The notes under the pieces are model-generated. The model searched no databases and had not been told where the DNA came from. It saw only the letters and a program-made list of their open reading frames with translations. From contig JANOTL010000153.1 in assembly GCA_031416315.1 (NCBI GenBank), positions 1 to 64,000 of the forward strand: a stretch of DNA of 64,000 nt. Direction: 5' to 3'. The position numbers and the translations under genes are program-made. Positions 1-9,260 of the stretch are shown piece after piece; position 1 is the stretch's first letter; every line of letters starts with the position of its first letter. Source of the DNA: Pseudomonadota bacterium (GTDB taxonomy: Bacteria; Bdellovibrionota_B; Oligoflexia; Oligoflexales; CAIYRB01).

Positions 1-842
1 TCCTCCGGCAACGCGGTCCGGCGATTCCGAACTATGTCTATCCTGCGTTCGTTCTCGCGTCCGTCGGCGCGGCCGTCTACCTGGGCAAGCTCTTGGGCAG
101 CGTCCGGACTTGGGGCAGCCGGTCATATCTGGTTTCGTTGACCGGGATCAGTGCCACTATCGTGGCTCTGGCGGTCGGTACGCGCCTCGGCCGTCGCGTC
201 CCGCTCGTCCGTAACTTCGAGTACGGATACAACTATTCCAAACCGCTCGATGTCTTTTCAGACCCCAACCTGGTGTCTCCACTGGTTCAATCGTTTTTCG
301 GAGTCGCTCCGATCGCGATCGCAGCATTGCTCGTCGCCGCGTTCTCATGGCGCTCGCGACGCCTATTGTGGACCTGGGTCTGCTTGCTCTGCCTGTTCGG
401 CTCGTGGCAGAACGTCTCATTGGGGCGGCTCAAACGCGAGTTCGATCGAAACGAAGCCGAAATCTACTATGAGCTAGCCGACGCGATCGAGGCGTTGAAG
501 CCCTTCCGGTACGGTGAGCCCGTGGGGATCTTGATCACTGACGCGGAACGTCTCAAGTTGCGAATGCACCACATTCCATGGGTCGTCAGCGTCGTCTCGG
601 CGGACACGTTCGGCGACGGCGCCAGCTCAATGAGAGCAATGCATGCATTTTCCCGGGCTAGCGCGGCTCTCGTTCCGCTTCTCAACGAGGCGGCGGTGCG
701 AGCAACTCCCCTCGACCTTGTTATGACCGACTCGGTGAACACCGTCGCGCGTGCCCACCCCGAGCTCACGATGGTGCTGGAGCAATCCTGGCCTCACGGG
801 AGCCTCTACCTAGTCCGCTTGCTGCGCAACAACCCGATCTAA
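1..842 (+). CDS. Membrane protein, probably 5'-truncated by the window edge; part of the glycan cluster
   Basis: ORF 93..842 with several hydrophobic segments; lies directly upstream of the acyltransferase. Confidence 0.55.
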   Translation, partial: LRQRGPAIPNYVYPAFVLASVGAAVYLGKLLGSVRTWGSRSYLVSLTGISATIVALAVGTRLGRRVPLVRNFEYGYNYSKPLDVFSDPNLVSPLVQSFFGVAPIAIAALLVAAFSWRSRRLLWTWVCLLCLFGSWQNVSLGRLKREFDRNEAEIYYELADAIEALKPFRYGEPVGILITDAERLKLRMHHIPWVVSVVSADTFGDGASSMRAMHAFSRASAALVPLLNEAAVRATPLDLVMTDSVNTVARAHPELTMVLEQSWPHGSLYLVRLLRNNPI

Positions 843-851
843 GGTGAGAAA

Positions 852-1403
852 TTGAGCGCCAGAGACAAGACGATATGGCGTGACTACGTCGTTCATGGCG
901 TCTACTTTAATCTATACGCATGGTTCAAGTATCTTCCGTCGCCGATTGGCGATCTGTTGCGCTACTGGGTCACTCGACCTTTCATGCGCTCCGTTGGCAA
1001 AGTTCGAATCTACGAAGGTGTAACGGTTTGGTACCCGTATCGGGTCTCAATTGGACACGACACGACTTTGAACGAGCATGTCTACATCAGTGGCTATGGA
1101 GACCTTACGATCGGAAACGGTGTCCGAATCGGCCATCGCACGTCAATTTTGACCTCCGATCACGTCATTGATGACGCTTCCGTGCGCATAAAGGACTCCG
1201 GCCTGGTCGCGAAGCCTGTTCGCATCGACGACGACGTGTTCATCGGCTGCAACTGCACGATTCTCGGCGGGGTGCACGTCGGGCGCGGCGCCGTCATCGC
1301 GGCAGGATCGGTCGTGAACCGCGACGTCCCGGACTTCGCGATCGTCGGCGGCGTTCCGGCCCGCGTTCTCAAGTACCGACGCGGCGGTCAACCAACAAGC
1401 TAG
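852..1403 (+). CDS. Hexapeptide-repeat (left-handed beta-helix) sugar O-acyltransferase
   Basis: VRIDDDVFIGCNCTILGGVHVGRGAVIAAGSVV...GGVPAR motif of the LbH/maltose acetyltransferase family. Confidence 0.9.
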   Translation: MSARDKTIWRDYVVHGVYFNLYAWFKYLPSPIGDLLRYWVTRPFMRSVGKVRIYEGVTVWYPYRVSIGHDTTLNEHVYISGYGDLTIGNGVRIGHRTSILTSDHVIDDASVRIKDSGLVAKPVRIDDDVFIGCNCTILGGVHVGRGAVIAAGSVVNRDVPDFAIVGGVPARVLKYRRGGQPTS

Positions 1404-1413
1404 AAAGACGAGT

Positions 1414-3423
1414 ATGTGCGGGATTTTTGGCATTAGTGTTTGCAAATCCGAGAAATCCGACGCGCGGGGTGTCGGTCACATCGTCGACGCGCTCTTCGTC
1501 CTTTCTGAGTCGCGCGGAAAGGAAGCCGCGGGCATCGCCGTCGATTCGGGGCGCAATCTTCGCGTTTTCAAGGAGGCCGTTCCGGCCTCTACGATGATCA
1601 GGTCGCGGGAATACAAGGAATTCTTCGCCGAGGCTTCGGCCTGGCCTGATGATCCAAAGCGCAACCTTGCGGTCATCGGGCATTCGCGCCTCGTCACCAA
1701 CGGCAATTCCGGCATTAGCGACAACAACCAGCCGGTCGTCTCCGGCGGAATCGTCGGCGTCCACAACGGTATTATCGTCAACGACGCCGAGTTGTGGAAG
1801 GCGCATGCCAATTTGAAGCGAAGCTCCGATGTCGACACGGAAGTGCTCCTCGCAATCGTGCGCGAAAAGATCACTTCGGGCACGAACGTTTCGAACGCGG
1901 TCGCCCAAGGATTCGACGAGATCGACGGCGCTGCCTCGGTCGCCCTCCTCTTCGGCGACTACGACGTGCTGCTACTCGCGACGAACAACGGCTCCCATTA
2001 CTATGTCTACGACGATGCGAGCAAGGCCCTGGTCTTCAGCTCTGAGCGACTCATCCTCGAATCCCTCTTCAAACGCGTCAAATCCGTTCGCGACCTTTTC
2101 GCCGACGCAACGATCCGCCAGCTGCGCCCCAACATGGCCTTGATCCAGGACCTCCGTACGGGCTCGATTTCTAGCTTCTCACTCACGGACGAGTCGAGCC
2201 GCCAGGTAGCGATTGCACCCGCGTCTCGCGCGACGATTCGCTCCATCCGCGACGAGTCGGCGAACTCCGAAATCGCTCGCGCCTCGATGCGACGCTGCAC
2301 GGTCTGCATCCTGCCGGAAACTTTTCCGTTCCTGGAGTTCGACGCCAAGGGCGTTTGCTCGCTTTGCCGGACGTACCAAAAAGTCGCGCCACTTGGTCGC
2401 GCGGCTTTGGACGCGCGCGTTGCTCCGCACCGCCGTTCGGACGACCGCCCGGATTGCCTCGTCTCGATCAGCGGCGGCCGAGACAGTTCCTACGGCCTTC
2501 ATTACGTCAAGGAAGAGCTGAAGATGAACCCCGTAGCGTACACCTACGACTGGGGACTCGTCACAGATTTGGCCCGACGCAACATATCGCGCCTATGTGG
2601 GCGCCTCGGCGTCGAGCACATCTTGATCTCCGCCGACATTCGACACAAGCGATCGAACGTCCGCCGCAACATCAATGCATGGCTCAAGCGCCCGGCTCTA
2701 GGAATGATCCCTCTGTTCATGGCGGGGGACAAACAATACTTCTTCCACGGTCACGACCTCGCCAAGAAGACGGGCGCGGACCTAGTCTTCTTCTTCCCGA
2801 ATCGCTTGGAGCGCACGAACTTCAAGTCGGGATTCTGCGGCGTCGACGAAGGCAGCAAATGGTTCTTCAAGATCTCGCTCGCCGAGAAGGCGACGCTCGC
2901 CGCGTATTTTGGCGGTCAAATCCTAAAAAACCCCGCGTTCTTGAACCGCTCTCTCGTCGACACGATTCACGCCTTCTATTCAACTTACTTTCTCCCGAAC
3001 GATCGACTTCTCTTCATGTTCGACTACGTCCCCTGGGACGAAGCGACGATCATGGGGACTTTGCGCCAACACTACGACTGGGAGGCTGCTGCCGACACCG
3101 AATCCACATGGCGCATCGGCGATGGAACCGCCTCGTTCTACAACTACATTTACTACACCGCCGCCGGCTTCACCGAGCACGACACGTTTCGCAGCAATCA
3201 AATTCGTGAAGGGATCATCACGCGCGAGCGCGGCCTGGAGCTGGCGTTGAGAGAGAACCGCCCACGCTTCGATTCGATTCGGCAGTACTCTCAGATCATC
3301 GGCTTCGACTTCGACCATGCCTTGCAGGTCATCAACGCGATGCCAAAGCTCTACATGCGAGAGAACAGGACGCGAACGCTTGTTGCGGCGACCTCAAGCA
3401 GTTCGCAGCTCGAAGCGTTCTAA
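1414..3423 (+). CDS. Class II glutamine amidotransferase domain fused to an N-acetyl-sugar amidotransferase (WbpG/PseA-like PP-loop ATPase)
   Basis: N-terminal MCGIFG, GHSR, HNGII, DTE motifs; C-terminal CTVC..CSLC and PP-loop SGGRDSS. Confidence 0.8.
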   Translation: MCGIFGISVCKSEKSDARGVGHIVDALFVLSESRGKEAAGIAVDSGRNLRVFKEAVPASTMIRSREYKEFFAEASAWPDDPKRNLAVIGHSRLVTNGNSGISDNNQPVVSGGIVGVHNGIIVNDAELWKAHANLKRSSDVDTEVLLAIVREKITSGTNVSNAVAQGFDEIDGAASVALLFGDYDVLLLATNNGSHYYVYDDASKALVFSSERLILESLFKRVKSVRDLFADATIRQLRPNMALIQDLRTGSISSFSLTDESSRQVAIAPASRATIRSIRDESANSEIARASMRRCTVCILPETFPFLEFDAKGVCSLCRTYQKVAPLGRAALDARVAPHRRSDDRPDCLVSISGGRDSSYGLHYVKEELKMNPVAYTYDWGLVTDLARRNISRLCGRLGVEHILISADIRHKRSNVRRNINAWLKRPALGMIPLFMAGDKQYFFHGHDLAKKTGADLVFFFPNRLERTNFKSGFCGVDEGSKWFFKISLAEKATLAAYFGGQILKNPAFLNRSLVDTIHAFYSTYFLPNDRLLFMFDYVPWDEATIMGTLRQHYDWEAAADTESTWRIGDGTASFYNYIYYTAAGFTEHDTFRSNQIREGIITRERGLELALRENRPRFDSIRQYSQIIGFDFDHALQVINAMPKLYMRENRTRTLVAATSSSSQLEAF

Positions 3424-3450
3424 CCGGCCCAGCGCCATGGCGCCTCTAAA

Positions 3451-4719
3451 TCACGAACTGATTTCTCCGAAGAAACTGAAGCCGAGACACCGCTTCATGA
3501 TGAGCGAGAAATAGGCCACCGAGGCCAGCAGTGCCAACGCGGTCGCTACGGCAGCCCCGAGAATTCCTAGCGTCGGCACGAGCAGAAAGTTCAAGGCGAC
3601 GTTCGTTGCTAGGATCAGCACGGCTTGCGCGGTGAACCACCCTGGATGTCCGGAGTGGATAAGGACGCTGTCAAAAGGCACGGTACCCGAGACTGCGCAC
3701 ACGCCGCTCGCAAGAATCAGGAAAGTCATGGTGACCGTCGCATCGACGCCGAAGTCAGGCGCGAACGCGCCGACGCCGTATAGAAAGAGCGCGATGAGCG
3801 CCGCCAGGACGACAGTTCCCGTGTAGAGCATTCGCCATGACCGCCTTGCCATCGACCGTAAGGCGCCGTATTCGCAACCAGCGACGAGCTTGCCAACCTT
3901 CGGGCTGAAGACGTTCTTCGCGACGACGAGCGTCTGATAGAGTCCCTCAGCGAACGTCGACGCCAGGGAATACTGGCCAACCGCCGTATCCGACAAAAAC
4001 AACCCGATCACGAGAACGTCGACTCGGGTGTTTAGCTCCAGGAAGACGCCGCTCAGGAGTCCGCGAAATCCGAAATGAAGATGCTTCCGTCGCCATTCGA
4101 CCGCTTGAGCCGCGATCCGCAGGTCGACGAGGGGCCAGATCGACGCAATGCCTGCGATGAACACCAGCAGCTCGCCTCCGAGCAGGGCGGCGGGAAGCAT
4201 TTCCACCCGACCGATGCCGACGACATAGGCGATCGTCGCAAACATTCCGACATATCGGATGATTTGCAGGCCCGCGAAGAGGCGAAGCCGCGCTTGCCCG
4301 TTGATCGCCGCCATGATGGTCTTGTTCACGGAAAAGAGCAGCAAAGCGGGCGCGACGTATCGAAGCCCGTCCTCGACCATGGGGCTATCCAAGAGCCCTG
4401 CGATCACACCCTTTAGTAGCCAAACCAAGGCCGCTAGTGCCAAACCGAAACCAAGGCAAAGCGGCAGCGCTGCCGAAAAGGCTTCGCGCCGTTCTGCAGG
4501 GTCCTCTGTCTGAGCGACCGCTCTCAAAACCGACTGATGGACACCGCCAACAGCCAGCTGTCCACCAACGATAAAGACCGCTAGGACTTGGTTGAAAACC
4601 CCAAGCGCCTCACGGCCCATCATCCTCGATATGAGGAAGTTTAGAATTAAACCACTAGCACCAACTACGGCGAGACTCGCGTAGTTCCAGGCCAAATCTG
4701 TCTTTGCGCTCGATGTCAA
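3451..4719 (-). CDS. wzx: Oligosaccharide flippase (Wzx/MOP superfamily)
   Basis: Many TM segments; RVDVLVIGLFLSDTAVGQYSLA and NVALNFLLVPTLGILGAAVAT motifs. Confidence 0.85.
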   Translation of the reverse strand: MTSSAKTDLAWNYASLAVVGASGLILNFLISRMMGREALGVFNQVLAVFIVGGQLAVGGVHQSVLRAVAQTEDPAERREAFSAALPLCLGFGLALAALVWLLKGVIAGLLDSPMVEDGLRYVAPALLLFSVNKTIMAAINGQARLRLFAGLQIIRYVGMFATIAYVVGIGRVEMLPAALLGGELLVFIAGIASIWPLVDLRIAAQAVEWRRKHLHFGFRGLLSGVFLELNTRVDVLVIGLFLSDTAVGQYSLASTFAEGLYQTLVVAKNVFSPKVGKLVAGCEYGALRSMARRSWRMLYTGTVVLAALIALFLYGVGAFAPDFGVDATVTMTFLILASGVCAVSGTVPFDSVLIHSGHPGWFTAQAVLILATNVALNFLLVPTLGILGAAVATALALLASVAYFSLIMKRCLGFSFFGEISS

Positions 4720-4739
4720 AGCTACCCATCGCAGAAGAC

Positions 4740-4816
4740 TGGTAGGCCTGAGTGGACTCGAACCACCGACCTCTACCTTATCAGGGTAGCGCTCTAACCA
4801 CCTGAGCTACAGACCT
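4740..4816 (-). tRNA. tRNA-Ile(GAU)
   Basis: Reverse complement AGGTCTGTAGCTCAGGTGGTTAGAGCG-CTACC-CTGATAA-GGTAG-AGGTCGGTGGTTCGAGTCCACTCAGGCCTACCA; cloverleaf, anticodon GAT, encoded CCA. Confidence 0.97.
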
Positions 4817-4840
4817 ATGACTTCAGTCGCGGGACGCTGA

Positions 4841-4869
4841 GTTATAGATAGGGGGCCGTCTCAAGTCAA
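4841..4869 (-). promoter_or_regulatory. sigma70-type promoter of tRNA-Ile
   Basis: TTGACT-N17-TATAAC on the minus strand just upstream of the tRNA. Confidence 0.75.
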
Positions 4870-4958
4870 CCCCCAAAGTCCATCAATCCGGGATGGAAAT
4901 TCGGTCCAGTTAGGGATAGGAATGCCAGTTCGATGTCAACCCAGCAAAGGAATCCCGT

Positions 4959-5858
4959 ATGAACAACGCCGGAGACTCTCTCGACGCTCGTTTGGAGGTG
5001 ATTTCAGGGATTTCGAACGAGCAGTGGCTGTCGAATCTGAGTGACCGAAAGCGCAAGGAGCTGTCTTTCCACGATCGCGATCGTGACCGCGACAAGATCC
5101 AGACGCTCGATACGGACACTTACGAGAAGTTCTACGGCAATAAGAAGTACTACGGCGCCACTGGCGACTCGCGCTCCTATGTCGATCAGTGGATCGCCAC
5201 CAATGCGAAGGGCAAAGTCTTCCTCGACTATGCCTGCGGCAATGGCGCTCGCGCGATCTTCGCGGCGAAAGCCGGCGCTCGTATGGTCATCGGCCTCGAC
5301 ATCAGCTCAGTCTCAGTGGAGAACGCCCGACGCGACGCCGAAGCCGCGGGCGTCAGCGCGAACTGCCGCTTTATCCAGGCCGACGCCGAGAACACGCTCC
5401 TTCCGGCCGATTCGATCGACACGATCCTCTGCTCGGGCATGCTCCACCACCTGGACCTGTCCTTCGCGCTCCCCGAGCTGCGCCGCATCCTCGCTCCGGG
5501 CGGCCGCATCCTCGCTGTCGAGGCTCTCGACTACAATCCGGCGATCAAGATGTATCGCTACATGACGCCTGCCATGCGCACGGACTGGGAAAAAGCCCAC
5601 ATCCTGAGCTTGAAAGACCTGACCTTCGCGAGCCGCTTCTTCGACGTTCGCTCGGTGAACTACTGGCACATCACGTCGATCCTGTCGCCGCACCTGCCGT
5701 TCCTAGCCAAAACCTTCCAGACCCTCGATCGACTGCTGACCAAGGTCCCGCTCGTGAAGTTGATGGCTTGGATGTTCACATTTGAAATGGTGAAGACGAC
5801 GACCGAGAAAGCCTTGGAGCTGCCGGCCGCACCGAAGGCGCCTTCGCTGCCTCACTGA
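4959..5858 (+). CDS. Class I SAM-dependent methyltransferase
   Basis: FLDYACGNG motif I, GLDIS, LHHL, LRRILAPGGR. Confidence 0.9.
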   Translation: MNNAGDSLDARLEVISGISNEQWLSNLSDRKRKELSFHDRDRDRDKIQTLDTDTYEKFYGNKKYYGATGDSRSYVDQWIATNAKGKVFLDYACGNGARAIFAAKAGARMVIGLDISSVSVENARRDAEAAGVSANCRFIQADAENTLLPADSIDTILCSGMLHHLDLSFALPELRRILAPGGRILAVEALDYNPAIKMYRYMTPAMRTDWEKAHILSLKDLTFASRFFDVRSVNYWHITSILSPHLPFLAKTFQTLDRLLTKVPLVKLMAWMFTFEMVKTTTEKALELPAAPKAPSLPH

Positions 5859-5877
5859 TCTCAAGCGTGGGGTTGCG

Positions 5878-6051
5878 TTGAAACACGAGGGCCCGGAAGA
5901 CATTAGAGCGTTCTCGGCCGATCCACTGGCCGTCGGCTACTTCTTCGGAGCCCTCGCTCAGGCTCTGTTCTGCGCTTTGGTCATCGCTGCGATCGTAGCC
6001 GCAGTGTTCCTCGACGTCGAGGCCCGGCCCTTTCGCTATATGGGATTCTAG
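5878..6051 (+). CDS. DltX-like microprotein (57 aa, one TM helix, C-terminal Tyr motif FRYMGF); absent from the ORF track
   Basis: TTG start; MKHEGPEDIRAFSADPLAVGYFFGALAQALFCALVIAAIVAAVFLDVEARPFRYMGF*; fills the gap and ends 4 nt before the ligase ATG. Confidence 0.8.
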   Translation: MKHEGPEDIRAFSADPLAVGYFFGALAQALFCALVIAAIVAAVFLDVEARPFRYMGF

Positions 6052-6055
6052 TCCT

Positions 6056-7552
6056 ATGGAAACGAATCCATTCGAGTGGTTGGAATCGATCGCCGCTGCC
6101 GACCCCGACCGCACCTTGCTCGATCTGGATTCCGGCCGCGTCTCGTATCGAGCCTTTTCGCTTCTTTCGCACGCGCTCGCGAATTCCTTGAGTGCCAAGG
6201 GCGTAGGTCGCGGCGACGCCGTTCCGATCTTCTCCGGCCGCTATGACACCGTTTTAGCTGGAATGTTCGCCTCTTGGCGTCTAGGTGCGACCGCGCTGCC
6301 GATGAACCTGACGCTGACTGGCGCCGCGCGCGCAGCCGTACTGAAGGCCACTCGCTCGGCCGTAGCTCTGGCCGACCTCGAGCTTGCTCCTCGGCTCGGG
6401 ACCGACCACCCTGAGATTCGCGTGGTCGAGCCTTGCGACGTGCCCGCGAATGCTGCGACGAGCTCGAGCCTCGACCTGAACGTCCTGGATGTCGACTGCT
6501 TCTTGAACTTCACCTCCGGCACGACGGGCGTGCCGAAAGGCGTGAGGCTTTCGCCGCGAAAGATCGCCGCGAATGGCGCTGCCGCGGCGCAGTTTCTCGG
6601 CTTGAAGGAAGATACGAGGCTCTTCGTCAACTCGCCGCCCTTCTACATGAGCGGCATCATCCACTTCCTGACGGCTCTGTCCGTCGGCGGCGCGATCATC
6701 AGCCGCCAAGGCTTCTACTTCGGCGCCGACCTTCTGCGCATCCTCGCCGAGACGCGAGCGACGGGCTTCGGCGGCGCCCCGGTGCACCTCAACCGCGTCA
6801 TCGCCGAGCCTTCCGCGCCGAGCGCCGCGCTCTTAAAGGGCCTGTCGTTCTGGATGAGCTCTGGCGATGCGCTGCCAACCGCTAACATCCGCTCTTTCAA
6901 TGCGATGTTCCCCGCCGTTCGGGTCGTCGTCATGTACGGCTTGACCGAGCTGGCGGGGCGGATCTGCGCCATCGACTTGGGCGCTGATCCCGCGGGGATC
7001 GGGTCGGTCGGGAGGCCCCTGCCGAACATGAAAGTATCGATTCTCGATCCGTCGGGACGCGCATGCCGCGTCGAAGAGACGGGCGAGATCCATGTCGAAA
7101 GCCCGTTGCGCATGTCCGGCTACCTCGGGGCCACGGCTTCAGCACCGTCACCGGAAAGCCCCGCCGCCTTTCCGACGGGAGATTTCGGTCACGTCGACGA
7201 AGCCGGGCGGATCTGGCTCGAGGGGCGTCGAGATGACATCTTCAAGTCGGGCGGCGAAAAAGTTAGCCTCCAACTCGTTCGCACCGCGCTGTCCGAATGC
7301 GGCGAGTTCGCGGATTTCGAGGCGATCGCCCTGCCACATGAAGTCATGGGCCACGTGCCGGCGGCAGCCGTCGTGCCAAAGAACCCGTCGACGTTCGAGC
7401 CGCGGCTGAGCTTGCGCATGCTACGATCGAAATTGCCCGCATCTCACGTTCCGAAGAGCCTCAAAGTCGTCGAAAGCGTCCCGCGCACGGGCAGCGGCAA
7501 GGTCCTTCGCTCGGCCGTGTTGGAAATGTTCAAACAGGAGGCTTGCCATTGA
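6056..7552 (+). CDS. Class I adenylate-forming enzyme (acyl/aminoacyl-AMP ligase, DltA-like role)
   Basis: FTSGTTGVPKG, YGLTE, TGDFG, PRTGSGK motifs. Confidence 0.9.
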   Translation: METNPFEWLESIAAADPDRTLLDLDSGRVSYRAFSLLSHALANSLSAKGVGRGDAVPIFSGRYDTVLAGMFASWRLGATALPMNLTLTGAARAAVLKATRSAVALADLELAPRLGTDHPEIRVVEPCDVPANAATSSSLDLNVLDVDCFLNFTSGTTGVPKGVRLSPRKIAANGAAAAQFLGLKEDTRLFVNSPPFYMSGIIHFLTALSVGGAIISRQGFYFGADLLRILAETRATGFGGAPVHLNRVIAEPSAPSAALLKGLSFWMSSGDALPTANIRSFNAMFPAVRVVVMYGLTELAGRICAIDLGADPAGIGSVGRPLPNMKVSILDPSGRACRVEETGEIHVESPLRMSGYLGATASAPSPESPAAFPTGDFGHVDEAGRIWLEGRRDDIFKSGGEKVSLQLVRTALSECGEFADFEAIALPHEVMGHVPAAAVVPKNPSTFEPRLSLRMLRSKLPASHVPKSLKVVESVPRTGSGKVLRSAVLEMFKQEACH

Positions 7553-8991
7553 AAGTCCTAGCACTGGGCGGCAGCGTCCGAGCCGTCAACCCTCGGTCGA
7601 GCGACGCGCTTATGCGCCACATCGCGAAGACTTCCTCCATCGCCGAATTCGCCGAAGCCGTTCGCGCGGACAACGCCGCGCTGGCGGAGCGCGGCATCAC
7701 TCGTCCGATCTTGAGCAACTCCGAGATTCTCTCCGGGATCGCACTCATCGGCGCTAAGGGCCAAGGTGCGTCGGTCGACTACTTTCCCCTCGCCCGCCTC
7801 TTCAACCGCCTGGAAACTCCCGTGCTCCCGGTCAGCGCGAGCGAGCTCGGCCTGGACGACGAGGCCGCTTACGTCGACACGCTGTCGATCAACCCCGCGA
7901 AGCGGGCGCTACTCCTGGAGAAGATCGCGGCGGCGGACGCGATCATCTTGTCGTCGCCGATTTACTTCGGCGATCGCTCGTCGGTCAGCAATAAGGTGCT
8001 GCAAATCGCCCAGGCGGAAGGAAGCCTCAAAGGCAAGCTGGTCGCGACCTTGAGCGTCGGCGCCAAGCGCAACGGCGGTCAAGAAACCACGAACATCTTC
8101 ACCCTGAACGAAGTCGTTCACATGGGCGGGATGATCGTCGGCAACGGGCCGTCGAGCTGCCAGTACGGAGGGACCGCGATCGCGGGCGACGCCGGGACGA
8201 TCCTGAAGGACGAGTGGGGGATGGAGACCGCCTTCGCCACAGGTAAACGCGTCGCGCAAGCAGCCTCCGTCTTGACCACGGCCATCGACCCGAGTCACGA
8301 GACCGCTCCGATCGAAATCATGGCGATCGTGACCATGGACATGCCGCAACGGATCCTTGCCGAGACTTTACGCGCGCATCAGCAAAGCTTGCTGCAAGCG
8401 GGTCATCGCGTGAATCTCTCCGTCGTACAGCTGATCGACGGATACATCGAGCGCTGCCTGGCCTGCAACATTTGCCCGATTCCCGAGCTGATGAAGTCGC
8501 CGAAAGACTACGGCTGCATCATCCAATCGGGTCGCGACATCATGAAGGACGTTCGGGAACAGATGCTCGCCAGCGACGGCATCATCATCGCCGGACTCAA
8601 CCTTCGCGACATGCGCAACGTCGTCTATCGGTATCAAGCGTTCACGGAGCGCACGCGATTCATCCGGCGCAACGACTTCGAGCTGACCAACGTTCCACTG
8701 ACGTCATTTACTCTGGAAGAGGTCGGCGGCGCCGGGAACGACATCTTCGGTCTCAAGGTCATGACGTCATACATTCGCCACAACACGATCGTCTGCCCGC
8801 CGATTTCGGAGATTCTCCACGAGGGTCAAACGATCAAGTCTGCCCTCCCCGAAATGGAGGCCTTCGTGCGCACCGCCGGCGCGATTGCCGCGAAGCGTCG
8901 GGCCGCGGCGCGTTACGCCGTCAGCTACAAAGCCGGCGGCCACGGCGGCTACTCGGACACGCGTCTCGATTCGACGGAGGCGATGCGTTGA
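7549..8991 (+). CDS. Tandem flavodoxin-fold protein (NADPH-dependent FMN reductase / iron-sulfur flavoprotein-like)
   Basis: Domain 1 ADAIILSSPIYFG...RNGGQETT; domain 2 CLACNIC...C; TTGA overlap with AGGAGG RBS. Confidence 0.75.
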   Translation: MKVLALGGSVRAVNPRSSDALMRHIAKTSSIAEFAEAVRADNAALAERGITRPILSNSEILSGIALIGAKGQGASVDYFPLARLFNRLETPVLPVSASELGLDDEAAYVDTLSINPAKRALLLEKIAAADAIILSSPIYFGDRSSVSNKVLQIAQAEGSLKGKLVATLSVGAKRNGGQETTNIFTLNEVVHMGGMIVGNGPSSCQYGGTAIAGDAGTILKDEWGMETAFATGKRVAQAASVLTTAIDPSHETAPIEIMAIVTMDMPQRILAETLRAHQQSLLQAGHRVNLSVVQLIDGYIERCLACNICPIPELMKSPKDYGCIIQSGRDIMKDVREQMLASDGIIIAGLNLRDMRNVVYRYQAFTERTRFIRRNDFELTNVPLTSFTLEEVGGAGNDIFGLKVMTSYIRHNTIVCPPISEILHEGQTIKSALPEMEAFVRTAGAIAAKRRAAARYAVSYKAGGHGGYSDTRLDSTEAMR

Positions 8992-9260
8992 ACAACGCGA
9001 CTGGAGAGGCCGCCATCTCGGCTGTGCTTCTGGATTTCATCCGCGTCGACCTCGTCGATGGCCCGCAAGAAATCGACGCCGAGACCGCGCTCTTCAGTAG
9101 CCGCGTCCTCGACTCCATCAAATTGCTCGACCTAGTCAATTTCATGGAGTCGGAGTTCCGCATGAAAGTGCGCCCGATGGAGATCGTCATGGAAAACTTC
9201 GACTCGGTCGCTCGCATTTGCGGTTACGTCCGACGCACCCAAGAAAGGGGCCAGACATAG
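8988..9260 (+). CDS. Acyl carrier protein (DltC-like, 90 aa)
   Basis: C-terminal part of ORF 8472..9260; VLDSIKLLDLV phosphopantetheine Ser motif, ENFDSV; TTGA overlap with GGAGG RBS. Confidence 0.88.
   Translation: MNNATGEAAISAVLLDFIRVDLVDGPQEIDAETALFSSRVLDSIKLLDLVNFMESEFRMKVRPMEIVMENFDSVARICGYVRRTQERGQT

Noticed and set aside
6056..9260. NRPS/PKS secondary-metabolite cluster
   Set aside because: No condensation, ketosynthase or thioesterase domain; MBOAT, SGNH and the Tyr peptide point to envelope acylation
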